Assembly: GCA_963824495.1 (NCBI GenBank)
Contig: CAWGPQ010000011.1
Location: forward strand, 64,001-128,000
Direction of reading: 5' to 3'
Length of the DNA stretch: 64,000 nt
Source: an uncultured bacterium
GTDB taxonomy: Bacteria; Babelota; Babeliae; Babelales; Babelaceae
Below are positions 39,541 through 49,302 of the stretch, one piece after another; within the stretch, counting starts at the first letter, position 1; each line of letters starts with the position of its first letter. The position numbers and the translations under genes were made by a program. Below the pieces are notes generated by a model. It was not told the origin of the DNA. It ran no database searches and saw nothing but the letters and a program-made list of their open reading frames with translations.

Positions 39541-41724
39541 GTGAAAGAGAGTTCTATGAATAGTATTAAAAAAATACGCCGATACTTGGGCATGGGCCAA
39601 AAAAATAAAAAATTATACCAGGCTATCCTATGGTTAGTAACTGCAAGCCTTGTGCCTTCTCCTACTCTTGCCCTCACCTTTAAGCAATTCTCCGATCAAA
39701 ATATGCAAGCAGTTCCTTTTGAGCCAAGTAAATTTCCGGCGAAAACCGAGCGCTTGTCATATTCTGACTATCTAGAACACCAACTACAGAGAGAGCTTCA
39801 TCCATCAAAAGCAGCCAAACGAGAGTTTGCTTTCTCTATGCTCATAGATCATGAAGATAACCATCCTGAATTTTTTAAAACTACGCAGGTACTTGATCCT
39901 CTTACGAGCTCAGACTTAAACACCGTCTGTGGCCCGGAGTCAAATTATACGTTGTATCTTGGTAGTCAAATAGACAGAACAAGTACAGAGGTAGGACGAG
40001 CTATGCTTTTGCACAGCATAACGAATCCAATGCCTGATCTACAAAAGCTCAAAAATACCCAAGCAATAGTACAGGAGCTTATTAATAACCAAGAGCTTTT
40101 TGAAACGCTTGACCAAGAATTTAAAAGCTTAGCGGAAGCTGAAAACGTACTCCTAGCATTTTGGGAAAATACCAAGTGGGTTCATATAGGAGTCCGTCCA
40201 AAGAATCTTGTGTCTATGATAATGGAATATATGCCTGAGCATATTAAAGACCGTTATGAAGCGCTCAAGGAAAATGAGCTTTCAAGCGAAGTTACAGAAC
40301 GGCTTGGACAATTTCAAGATATAACGATGGTAGGGTTTGAAGCTGGTGCTGCTACGTTGCTTCCCATAATAGGCATTGTGCAATTAGCTCGCTATAATCA
40401 GCAAGCTGATCAATTATTACGATTTGGTCGCGAAAGATTACGGCTACCTCTGAGCACCCATACAGGACTTTATTCACTTCTCGGTGCTACACTATTTCTT
40501 ATGAAACAGCTTATAGGCGATAAGGTAACCGAGGGTGTTTATACGACTATTGCAGGGACCAATTCTGCTGCACTACTGCCAAACAGGTGGGATGCTACCC
40601 TTAAAGGTGAGTATATACGACGCATTAATGATCAAACGAAGTTAATGCTTGTAGCTCGCTATGTTACGCTTCTTAAAAAACTTGAAGGTATTATTTCCGG
40701 CAACGCTATACTTCAGGAAACATTCCCTCGACTTAAGAATATTCAGCACCTTGTTAACGAATTGCCCAAAGAATCTTTGCCCATAAAGAGAATTTTTGAT
40801 CTTTTAGAAAGTAGCACGTTTAAAGGGGAGCCATCATTCTTTTCACTCATAGGGAGAGTAGTGCTAGCCGACAAGCTCATTCGCAAACATCTCGACAAAT
40901 TTACTGAAGGTATTATTGCTCTTGGTGAGCTTGATATGTACATGTCTACTGCCCGGCTTTATAAAGAGGGACAGGGTAGAGCTAATACCTGGAGCTTTGC
41001 TGATTACCTAGAAAACGCTGACGCTCCGTCGCTTGAGATAGAAAACTTTTGGAATCCGTTTATTGATCCAGAAAAAGCTGTAGCAAATTCAGCATCAATT
41101 GGCACTAACAATAACCCTCGCATGCTTATTATTAGTGGACCTAATGCTGGTGGCAAATCCACAACCATGAAGGGTATAGCTATTAGTGTAATTCTTGCTC
41201 AAAGTCTCGGTATTGTTCCGGCAAGCTGCATGAGCTTAACACCTGTAGCTAAAATCATGACGTATTTAAATATTGTCGATGATATCGCTGCAGGCAACTC
41301 TCACTTTAAAGCTGGAGTTGTCCGTGCTCGTGAGTTAGTAAAAATGACCGAAAATCTTCAAAACAAAGAATTTGCCTTTGTTGCTACTGACGAAGTGTTT
41401 GATGGTACATCACATATTGAAGGTGAAGCAGCAGCATATAGTCTCATTGAAGCGCTAGGTAAGCATCCTAACGTTATGGGGACAACTGCTACACACTTTC
41501 CCCTGGTGACAGAACTTGAAAAAGAAGCCAATGGCAAACTTTTTAAGAATTACAAAGTATCGGTATTGGTTGACGGACAAGGTCAACTTCAGTATCCATT
41601 CAAACTTGAAGAGGGTATTTCTGAACAAAATGTAGCGCTCGATATTTTGCGCAATGAAGGTTTTGACGACGCATTTCTCTCGAGGGCCTACGACCTTGTA
41701 CGTGCTCACAAGCGAAATGCTTAG
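39541..41724 (+). CDS. MutS-related ATPase (domain V) with signal-like N-terminus
   Basis: ISGPNAGGKST, GNSHFKAG, DEVFDGT..EG, TATHF, PFKLEEG; no mismatch-recognition domain I recognised. Confidence 0.85.
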   Translation: MKESSMNSIKKIRRYLGMGQKNKKLYQAILWLVTASLVPSPTLALTFKQFSDQNMQAVPFEPSKFPAKTERLSYSDYLEHQLQRELHPSKAAKREFAFSMLIDHEDNHPEFFKTTQVLDPLTSSDLNTVCGPESNYTLYLGSQIDRTSTEVGRAMLLHSITNPMPDLQKLKNTQAIVQELINNQELFETLDQEFKSLAEAENVLLAFWENTKWVHIGVRPKNLVSMIMEYMPEHIKDRYEALKENELSSEVTERLGQFQDITMVGFEAGAATLLPIIGIVQLARYNQQADQLLRFGRERLRLPLSTHTGLYSLLGATLFLMKQLIGDKVTEGVYTTIAGTNSAALLPNRWDATLKGEYIRRINDQTKLMLVARYVTLLKKLEGIISGNAILQETFPRLKNIQHLVNELPKESLPIKRIFDLLESSTFKGEPSFFSLIGRVVLADKLIRKHLDKFTEGIIALGELDMYMSTARLYKEGQGRANTWSFADYLENADAPSLEIENFWNPFIDPEKAVANSASIGTNNNPRMLIISGPNAGGKSTTMKGIAISVILAQSLGIVPASCMSLTPVAKIMTYLNIVDDIAAGNSHFKAGVVRARELVKMTENLQNKEFAFVATDEVFDGTSHIEGEAAAYSLIEALGKHPNVMGTTATHFPLVTELEKEANGKLFKNYKVSVLVDGQGQLQYPFKLEEGISEQNVALDILRNEGFDDAFLSRAYDLVRAHKRNA

Positions 41725-41759
41725 AAAGATTATTAGTTTTCTCGGGGGGATATCGCATC

Positions 41760-42551
41760 ATGAAATCTACTTTTACCTCTCTGCTTATTATACTTGCAGG
41801 GGTTCTTACGTACAGCTTACCTCTCGCTGGCCATTCAGGAACACATGGTCGGCATGATACTCGGGCTTATAGTGTCTTAGAGTCACTCGATATTTATGAA
41901 GATGGCGCATTAGATCATGCAAAACGCATCTATATGACAACACATGGTCTTATGGAACCCTCTCATGAAATCCACCAGATAGCTCAAGAAGCACTTGCTT
42001 ATTCTGATATTACTTCTCCGGTTATTGTTCTTGAAGACCCTCATGTTGATAATCCAGATGGTAGTGTAATAGAATTCCCTGGCTATGCCTTTCTAGTTCT
42101 CAAATCGCTTACGCAGGGAACAGCGCTTGAGCGGAACTCACGAATATTTGCAGCATATCATGAATGTGGTCATGTGTACTATCATCATTCACCACAGCGC
42201 CAAAAAACCAGCTTGTCATTACTCTGGCCCTATCTTTCTCGCCTTTTGAGTGTCTTTAATTTTCGCTCACCCTATCGTACCTATGCCCTACCTGCAGCAT
42301 ACTCTCAAGCCTACGCTGCCCATACCGCTCTTAATTGGTTGTTAACTTCTAAGTTTTGCCAACAACTTATTGCAAAGGGCCAGCGTGCCCGAGAAAAGGA
42401 GGCTGATCTTTTTGCTTGTCAGCAGCTGGCACAAGCAGGTCGCAATGAAATAATCGAGCAAGAATTATATACGCTGCGTGTAGAAGATGATGAGCACCCA
42501 AGCAATGCCGAAAGATCACAGTATATTGGTGAATTTCTTGAACAGCTATAG
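41760..42551 (+). CDS. M48-like zinc metallopeptidase, secreted
   Basis: HECGH, REKEAD, HPSNAER. Confidence 0.8.
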   Translation: MKSTFTSLLIILAGVLTYSLPLAGHSGTHGRHDTRAYSVLESLDIYEDGALDHAKRIYMTTHGLMEPSHEIHQIAQEALAYSDITSPVIVLEDPHVDNPDGSVIEFPGYAFLVLKSLTQGTALERNSRIFAAYHECGHVYYHHSPQRQKTSLSLLWPYLSRLLSVFNFRSPYRTYALPAAYSQAYAAHTALNWLLTSKFCQQLIAKGQRAREKEADLFACQQLAQAGRNEIIEQELYTLRVEDDEHPSNAERSQYIGEFLEQL

Positions 42552-43886
42552 CTATAGACTATGCGTAGTGGCACCATGCGCAACCAGTAGTTCCCTAATA
42601 GCATAATGTTCGCCATCTGTTGCGTAATCCAAAGCACTTTTACCACTTTGATCGGTGCTGTTAATAGTGGGCTTGTAGGTTAAAAGAAGCCTAACAATGT
42701 CTTCATAACCGTGATCGGCTGCTAATATGAGGGGTGTTCTACCCTGTGGGTTAGTACGATTAACACTAACACCCCGCTCTAAAAACATCTGCACAAGCTG
42801 AACGTTTTGTTTAATAATTACGAAGTTAAACAAAGGGCCTAGTACTTGCGCACATTGGTCGGTAGGCAATGCATCTAGCAAGAGCGTTACTATCTGCACA
42901 TGTTCATAAACTACTGCAAGCATAAGGGGAGTAGAGCGGCTCTTGTTCGAAAAATTAATTGTAGCTGCCACACCAGGATGAGCTAAGAGTATTTCCACGA
43001 GCTCTGGTCGACCCTGTATTGTCGCGTGATGCAGCGGTGTAGAGCCATTGCTATCGACAAGGGTAGGATCTGCTCCGCGCTCAAGTAATACTTTAACAAT
43101 AGCATCATTGTTACCCTGAGCTGCGTTACCCTGAGCTGCTATATGCAGAGGCGTTTGGCCTTGATTATCACGCTCATCAACGTCTATAGTATGCGCTAGA
43201 GCTGCCGCAACTGCTTGTAAATTACCCTGGCGCACTATCTGATGGAGCCCGAGACGTTTAGGTTGAAGCTTGCCGAAAAGTCTTGTGCGTAAGCTTTGAT
43301 CTGCCTGACTTAATTCAGGGGTCTTATTAAATGGCATGAGCAGCTGTACAATATCTTGATAGCCGGCCTGCTGAGCGTAGTGCACAGGGGTTACTTCGTC
43401 ATAGTTTTTGGTATCAGCTTGAGCATTATAAGCCATAAGCAATGCAACAATTTCGGGCCGATTATGAATAGCTGCATAATGGAGGGGCGTTTCACCCTTA
43501 ATAGTGCGCTTTTCCGCCAGGGCTCCCGCTCGTAAAAGCATATGAACCGCTTCTTTGCTATGTGCATGCACAGCGTAATGGAGAGGGACAAGCTCACTGC
43601 TACCACTTGGCTTATTAACATCAGCATGATACTGAAGAAGTAGCTCAATAGCCGCTAGGTTACCCTCTTGTGCTGCTTTTCCTAAAAGGGTGATATTCGT
43701 ATCGTTAACACAACAATCAGGGTTTGCTTGCTGCTGTAAAAGCTCTGCAACCGTGGCAAGGTCAGACTTGTTGAAAGCATTTTTGAGGCATTCTTCAAGT
43801 GCTTTGCGTTGATTATCCATACTATAACACCCATAGGGTATAGTTATTGTACTGACGAGAAAACACCTACGCAAAAATTTTGTCAT
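42552..43886 (-). CDS. Ankyrin repeat protein, separate from the 13-member family
   Basis: Multiple TPLH repeats; signal ending GCYSM; 15-bp tandem duplication at 43110-43139 (AAQGNAAQGN). Confidence 0.9.
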   Translation of the reverse strand: MTKFLRRCFLVSTITIPYGCYSMDNQRKALEECLKNAFNKSDLATVAELLQQQANPDCCVNDTNITLLGKAAQEGNLAAIELLLQYHADVNKPSGSSELVPLHYAVHAHSKEAVHMLLRAGALAEKRTIKGETPLHYAAIHNRPEIVALLMAYNAQADTKNYDEVTPVHYAQQAGYQDIVQLLMPFNKTPELSQADQSLRTRLFGKLQPKRLGLHQIVRQGNLQAVAAALAHTIDVDERDNQGQTPLHIAAQGNAAQGNNDAIVKVLLERGADPTLVDSNGSTPLHHATIQGRPELVEILLAHPGVAATINFSNKSRSTPLMLAVVYEHVQIVTLLLDALPTDQCAQVLGPLFNFVIIKQNVQLVQMFLERGVSVNRTNPQGRTPLILAADHGYEDIVRLLLTYKPTINSTDQSGKSALDYATDGEHYAIRELLVAHGATTHSL

Positions 43887-44731
43887 GCTATGGTTCTTGC
43901 AAAAAAATTTAAGCCTTCAAAGATCCATGCTACTATATTCCCGAGTTGTGACTGATTATCTGACGGGTAGTCATGACTAGCGTCCAAACCACTCTGTGCA
44001 TTATGAGACTTAAGCAGGTCTATGATGCTTGAATTGTTTGTTTTATTCGCCCAATCAAGAGCCGTTAAGCCTTGACGATCACACGTATTAATCTGAGCCT
44101 TGTTTTCTATCAGTAACTTAACGATGCAAGCTTGGCCGTTCATAACTGCTATAATAAGGGGTGTCCAACCAAGACTATTGGTATAATTAACGGTGTCAGG
44201 GTCACTCTTTACTAGCAGCTCAACGTTTTTACTATCTCCACGTTGAGCTGCTAGGAGCACAAAATTCTCAGCAGTACGCGGCGCGCTATAGCATAAAAGC
44301 AATCTTACAAGAGAAGCGTCAGTAACAGCCTGCTTTGTTACAACACGGGAAGCATTGGCACCTGCTCTTAAAAGCATATGCGCTGCCTCAAAATTATTAT
44401 TATCAACTGCATACTGCAATGGGCTGAGCTGATTGCTTCCCAACTTATTAAGGTTAGCATGATAATAATGCAAGAGCACTTCAAGAGCACCCAGATTATT
44501 ACGCTGAGCAGCATCTTGAAGAAGTGTTAAGTTGGTCTGCATGCTTATGTGGTCAACATCTGCTTCATTATATTTTAATAGTTCTGCAAGCATTGCGGTA
44601 TCACCTATGCTTATAGCATATGCAGCAGCTTCATTAAGATCAACGGGATAGCCCTGCATACTTAAGATCATAGTAGGAGCCAAGAGGGGTATAGAAAAAA
44701 ATAGTTTATACAGTACATTCATGATGTTCAC
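43883..44731 (-). CDS. Ankyrin repeat protein
   Basis: SPLQYAV, GWTPLIIAV, GLTALDWA; signal ending MILSM. Confidence 0.88.
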   Translation of the reverse strand: MNIMNVLYKLFFSIPLLAPTMILSMQGYPVDLNEAAAYAISIGDTAMLAELLKYNEADVDHISMQTNLTLLQDAAQRNNLGALEVLLHYYHANLNKLGSNQLSPLQYAVDNNNFEAAHMLLRAGANASRVVTKQAVTDASLVRLLLCYSAPRTAENFVLLAAQRGDSKNVELLVKSDPDTVNYTNSLGWTPLIIAVMNGQACIVKLLIENKAQINTCDRQGLTALDWANKTNNSSIIDLLKSHNAQSGLDASHDYPSDNQSQLGNIVAWIFEGLNFFARTIA

Positions 44732-44810
44732 GCAAGGCCTTTCAGCATACTTTATAAGTATTACTTAAGAGTACCAGAATTAATATTTTTTTCGTAGTTT
44801 CAAGCAGATA

Positions 44811-45038
44811 CTAATGTGAATGGGGTCGGCACTCATACTCAAAAGTTTGAGCAAGCTTACTTGAGCGACCTGTTTTATGAAAAAGAAAATTGGGATTTGA
44901 GTCTTGGCGTGCCAAATTACGCCCAATAGGCCTTAAGGGACATCTTAAGGAATAGGGACGAGCCTGTAGAGTACTAGATAGAGCAACCGCGAGTACTATC
45001 ATGAAGACTAAGACTAATTGGCTAAGCTTTTCGAACAT
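44811..45038 (-). CDS. Small secreted hypothetical protein
   Basis: AAGGA RBS; signal peptide ending LQA. Confidence 0.55.
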   Translation of the reverse strand: MFEKLSQLVLVFMIVLAVALSSTLQARPYSLRCPLRPIGRNLARQDSNPNFLFHKTGRSSKLAQTFEYECRPHSH

Positions 45039-45065
45039 AGTAATCCTTACTTTAAATACCTTGCT

Positions 45066-46034
45066 TTAAATACCTTTTTCTGCCAAAAGATCATTTAAGC
45101 GTCGTTCAGGTGCAGCTTCTCTTCGCTTGATGCGTTCAATATCACCTAAATACAGCTCTGTTGTTGTAGGTGCTGCGTGGCGCATTGCCAATTGAACTTC
45201 ATACAGTGAAGCACCTGCTTTAATTGATAAAACGCCAAACGTATGGCGTAAGCTATGAGCAGTTAAACGCTTGCTATTAATGCCTACGTGACGCAAATAA
45301 CGCTTGATTAATCGCGAGAGGGAAAACGTTGTGATGCGCTTACCATAATTTCGATCGCTTACTGAGGGAAAAAGCGGCTCAGCGGTGCTATTCGGTTTCC
45401 GAGCCCGTAAGTACTCAAGAATAGGGTTTAATGCCTCTGCCGTAAGGACCACAAAATCATCTTTACCATCGCGGCCCTTACCCCGTACCCAAAGCGTGGC
45501 CTCATTATCCTCATGATCCTCACGATGAATATCTGCGATATCAGCACGAACGATCTCTATAAGACGCAACCCTGTCCTAAAAAGCAGATTAATAAGAGCA
45601 AAATCACGCTTTCCCTGAATCGTATCACGCTTAATTGCTCCAAGCACAAGCTTAATGTGCTCTATGGTGAGTGAATCTTTTTGATGACTTTTCATTGCCT
45701 TTTTAGCACCTTTAATACCCTTGGCTATATTCGGGTATATCTTGAGACCCTCTGCCCATTCAAAGAATTTACGAACAACAACCAGATAGGCAGAACGAGT
45801 AAATGGCCGCAATCCCCGAGCATCCAGGCTTTCTTTATAGGCAAGAATAGTCTCGCGCGTTGGACTATGGATATTGCGCTCGATAAACCAAACAAAAAAC
45901 TGCTTAAGCCCATTACGATATGTTATGCGTGAAGCTGGATTGACATCTTGATCAGCAATAAATCGATCAATAAGGTTCATAAAGCCTTCATGGAGATTAG
46001 CTATTTTATCTTGAGTAACAAGAATATCATGCAT
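45066..46034 (-). CDS. Tyrosine recombinase/integrase (XerC/D-like fold)
   Basis: Catalytic set TGLR, GKG, HSLRH, MRH, TELY; N-terminal SAM-like region. Confidence 0.92.
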   Translation of the reverse strand: MHDILVTQDKIANLHEGFMNLIDRFIADQDVNPASRITYRNGLKQFFVWFIERNIHSPTRETILAYKESLDARGLRPFTRSAYLVVVRKFFEWAEGLKIYPNIAKGIKGAKKAMKSHQKDSLTIEHIKLVLGAIKRDTIQGKRDFALINLLFRTGLRLIEIVRADIADIHREDHEDNEATLWVRGKGRDGKDDFVVLTAEALNPILEYLRARKPNSTAEPLFPSVSDRNYGKRITTFSLSRLIKRYLRHVGINSKRLTAHSLRHTFGVLSIKAGASLYEVQLAMRHAAPTTTELYLGDIERIKRREAAPERRLNDLLAEKGI

Positions 46035-46272
46035 AGATTAGTATCCCTCTCGATTTTAATGAGATGTTCTTGAGATATAGCATAGCACGAGTATTCTGGG
46101 TATTCATAGAAGGGATAGATAGTAGCACTAGCTTCTAAAAAATCATCATGGGTTTTTTCGCGATGCCTTGATCTGGTATTTGCAAAACTATTGCCTTAGG
46201 GCTATACATAATTCTATAATAGAAATTAAACACATAGCAAAATTCTATAAAATATCTAAGAGATGGGATACC

Positions 46273-46860
46273 ATGAATAAAAACGTGAATAAAAATAAGA
46301 TAGTGTTACTCGGTATGATCGTATGCGCAAGTGCATTTTTAGCTCAAGCTGTCGATCAAGCTTCCACTTCTTTTTTTTCTAGGCTACGCCAGCACGCTGA
46401 GAAACTGCTTGTATCTGCACAACACTATTTAAGAAGCGCAGATAAAATCGACAAGGCTCTTGCATCAGATAACCCAGCTCGATATGAGCGTATCGCCAAA
46501 ACTCATGCAGCTACCATGAGGATTGAAGCACAGGATCTTCTATATGATGCCCAGGAATTACAACATGCTGTCCAGACAACATCTCTAGCTTTTCGCCACG
46601 AAGAGGGATACCAGATTATTGAAAAAATCATACATCATGCTGATGATATAATAAAAATTGCCAATGACGCTCTTAGGCGTGCGCATGAGCTTGAAACTGC
46701 TCCAGCTGCTGCACGTAAACAATTACTTCAAAGCTATGCGCGTGATGCACGCACTGAGGCAATACGAGAAATCCAAGATGGACAAAAGCTTAAGGATGAT
46801 GTTCAGACTCTTGTATTAGACTGCACCTCTTCACACAGCGACGTAAAAATAATTGCTTAA
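46273..46860 (+). CDS. Secreted Ala-rich alpha-helical protein
   Basis: Start set at MNKN; signal ending LAQA; heptad-like composition. Confidence 0.7.
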   Translation: MNKNVNKNKIVLLGMIVCASAFLAQAVDQASTSFFSRLRQHAEKLLVSAQHYLRSADKIDKALASDNPARYERIAKTHAATMRIEAQDLLYDAQELQHAVQTTSLAFRHEEGYQIIEKIIHHADDIIKIANDALRRAHELETAPAAARKQLLQSYARDARTEAIREIQDGQKLKDDVQTLVLDCTSSHSDVKIIA

Positions 46861-46881
46861 AAAGATCATTAGCGAAAACTC

Positions 46882-46911
46882 TTGTTTTTTACTTATTTCT
46901 AACTGTATAAT
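46882..46911 (+). promoter_or_regulatory. Sigma70-like promoter
   Basis: TTGTTT-18 nt-TATAAT; similar AACTCTTG...AACTGTATA layout at 48308-48341. Confidence 0.55.
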
Positions 46912-46940
46912 TAATAATAGAATATTTATAAGGAGATTTC

Positions 46941-47696
46941 ATGAAGAAACCGCTCTTGCTATCTATAGGTATACTGTTCTGTAATTTTTTGGCTTATGCC
47001 CAACGTTACGAAACGGGCATAGGTCAGTTTACTGACATGGTTATACAGAATGCACGTGAAATGGAGAGAGATGCACGTATGCTTGAATCAGCAACAACAA
47101 GAAGTTGCCAAGAGCTTAAACGCGTAGCGAAAAATCAAGCGCGTAAATATCGAACTGAAGCGAAACGCATGAAAGCAGCTGCTGAAATAACAGCAGGACA
47201 CCGTAAAGAAGATCGCTATCGTCGCCGTTGGCATACTAGAGAAAGATGGCGAAGAAGACATCGTGCTCGAGAAGTTGCTTCATCGACAACAGCAGCAACA
47301 ACACCAACAACACCAACTCCACAACCAGCGGCACCAACTTTATCACTGCCTGCCTTACCATCACCGGATGGATCAGGAGCTAGCGTAAGTGCCGTTTCAA
47401 CGCAACAACCTACTACGAGCAACCTTATTGCAACACAGGCACCTCCCTCTATAGCAGGCGCACCAGACACTGATATTGCTCAAACATTAACCTCTGATAC
47501 TCCCCCTCTCCCTAATAGCACGAGCAATGGCGCTGCTTCAACGATTACTTCTAGCGGCACAAGTAACGGTACAGATAGTACGAGCCCTGGAACTCCCCCT
47601 AGCGGCACAGATGACGGTACAAGTAATAGCACAGAAAGTGCCGACAGCAATACATCTGGATTAACAAAGTCGGACCAAACAAGCTCGAGTGACTAA
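46941..47696 (+). CDS. Secreted protein: helical domain, Arg-rich patch, Ser/Thr/Pro-rich tail
   Basis: AAGGAG RBS, signal ending AYA, low-complexity C-terminal half. Confidence 0.75.
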   Translation: MKKPLLLSIGILFCNFLAYAQRYETGIGQFTDMVIQNAREMERDARMLESATTRSCQELKRVAKNQARKYRTEAKRMKAAAEITAGHRKEDRYRRRWHTRERWRRRHRAREVASSTTAATTPTTPTPQPAAPTLSLPALPSPDGSGASVSAVSTQQPTTSNLIATQAPPSIAGAPDTDIAQTLTSDTPPLPNSTSNGAASTITSSGTSNGTDSTSPGTPPSGTDDGTSNSTESADSNTSGLTKSDQTSSSD

Positions 47697-47738
47697 TTGA
47701 ACTATTAATTTAACCTAATTAAAAACAAAGGAGGTTTT

Positions 47739-48218
47739 ATGAAGAAAATTATACTAGGGTTATTTTCGTTAGTCTTTGGATTGGTCTTTGGTATGCAAGG
47801 CCAAGTCCCGGATCAGCAATATGGTCCACAAAGATTGGGTCCTCAAGAATTTATTACGCTAGTTATACAATATACAAATACGCTTCTTAAAGATGCTCAA
47901 CAGCATATGCAAGATGCACGCCAGCTAGAAGCTGCCAAAACGTGCGATGAACTTGAGCGGGTCGCACTACAGCAAGCAGCAAAAAAGAGAAGCGAAGCGC
48001 TTAAGGCTCGTCAAGATGCAAAAAATCTTAAATCTGCAGCACAAGCAGCACGACAAGAAATAAAAGCACGACGTGCTCAACAACAAGCCCAACCCAGAGC
48101 AGGACGACAAAGAGTGCCTAGTACAGGCATACAACAAGCTGCTCCATCGAGAACATCAGGGTTATCAGTCAGAACGCCAACTCCACTACCAACTTCCGCA
48201 AGTAGTCTTACTCTATAA
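47739..48218 (+). CDS. Secreted coiled-coil protein, paralog of 46941-47696
   Basis: AAGGAGG RBS; shared F...VIQ...DAR.LE.A...C.EL.RVA..QA.K.R.EA pattern. Confidence 0.75.
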   Translation: MKKIILGLFSLVFGLVFGMQGQVPDQQYGPQRLGPQEFITLVIQYTNTLLKDAQQHMQDARQLEAAKTCDELERVALQQAAKKRSEALKARQDAKNLKSAAQAARQEIKARRAQQQAQPRAGRQRVPSTGIQQAAPSRTSGLSVRTPTPLPTSASSLTL

Positions 48219-48233
48219 TTGAGATTGTTCAGG

Positions 48234-48261
48234 AGGCCTGAGCAATGAGGCCTATTTTTTT
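48234..48261 (+). terminator. Intrinsic terminator
   Basis: AGGCCTGA-GCAA-TGAGGCCT followed by a T-run. Confidence 0.7.
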
Positions 48262-48403
48262 GCTTAAAATAGCATACCTGCGCCTTTATTAAAAGATGCT
48301 ACAAGCAACTCTTGATTTATTTTTTTAGCAAACTGTATATTAATTATGTATATTTAATTAAGAGAATGTATAAAATAATCTTCACAACCCAAAGGAGACG
48401 ATA

Positions 48404-49156
48404 ATGACAAAAAGAGTATTGCAAGCCCTGAGCTTAAGCATGTTGCTTGTGCTGCCACAGGCATACGCTATGCATACACGTGATGCGGACGACTCATCAC
48501 CGGTACACCGCTTATTAACGAGCATTAATGATCATGCTACTGAGCGGGAAAGAACATTTCCTGAATATCGCAAAACAGCACAGCATCTTGAAGGACTTGC
48601 CAAAGGGGCAGCAGAGGAAGAATTGACAACATCCGCTGTTCAAATAGGTGAAATGCTTACTAATCAAGCTGCTAGAATTATCGATGCAGCTCAAACCCTT
48701 CTTGAACAAGCCCGTGAAGCACAAACTCATTTAAAATCATATCTTGAGCAATGCGATACAGCACTTAAACAAACAGGAGGCGGCTCACGACGTCAGGGCA
48801 GTTCCCAGATGGCCGTGCTTGTTCATAAAGCTGGCGATTATCATAAAAAGATGCAAGCACGAGGTCAAGAATTTGAACGTATAGCTTCAAAGCTTACCAA
48901 TCCAGGACAACGTGGTCAGCTTAAGTCAGCCGTAAAGTTTGTTACTATCAAGTTACATAATGAAGCCCAAAGTGGGCCTAAAGAGCTTGGAGGCTTAGTT
49001 GCAGCAGCTCGTGCCCTTAAAGACGCGTTAGTATCGCTGACAAATCAATGTGATGCCGCAATAGCGCAAGCAGGGCGATTATCTGATCAAGATGGTAGCG
49101 AACTAGCTCAAGGGGCAGCCATGGGAGGAGAAGCAGAACTTTCAGCCGGCAGTTAA
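48404..49156 (+). CDS. Secreted Ala-rich helical protein with two-fold internal repeat
   Basis: AAGGAG RBS; signal ending AYA-M; halves ending QCDTALKQTG and QCDAAIAQAG. Confidence 0.75.
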   Translation: MTKRVLQALSLSMLLVLPQAYAMHTRDADDSSPVHRLLTSINDHATERERTFPEYRKTAQHLEGLAKGAAEEELTTSAVQIGEMLTNQAARIIDAAQTLLEQAREAQTHLKSYLEQCDTALKQTGGGSRRQGSSQMAVLVHKAGDYHKKMQARGQEFERIASKLTNPGQRGQLKSAVKFVTIKLHNEAQSGPKELGGLVAAARALKDALVSLTNQCDAAIAQAGRLSDQDGSELAQGAAMGGEAELSAGS

Positions 49157-49187
49157 TCACAACAAAGTCTAGCAATACCCCACACTC

Positions 49188-49224
49188 TAACAGGAAGGAC
49201 AGATGTCTTTCCTGTTATTTTTTT
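49188..49224 (+). terminator. Intrinsic terminator
   Basis: TAACAGGAAGGAC...GTCTTTCCTGTTA stem followed by T7. Confidence 0.85.
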
Positions 49225-49302
49225 AACGTGGTGTTTATGGCAAGCCTATGGTATACTACATTAGTAATGCTTTTGAACGTATATAAGCAAAGTATATAAG
49301 TT

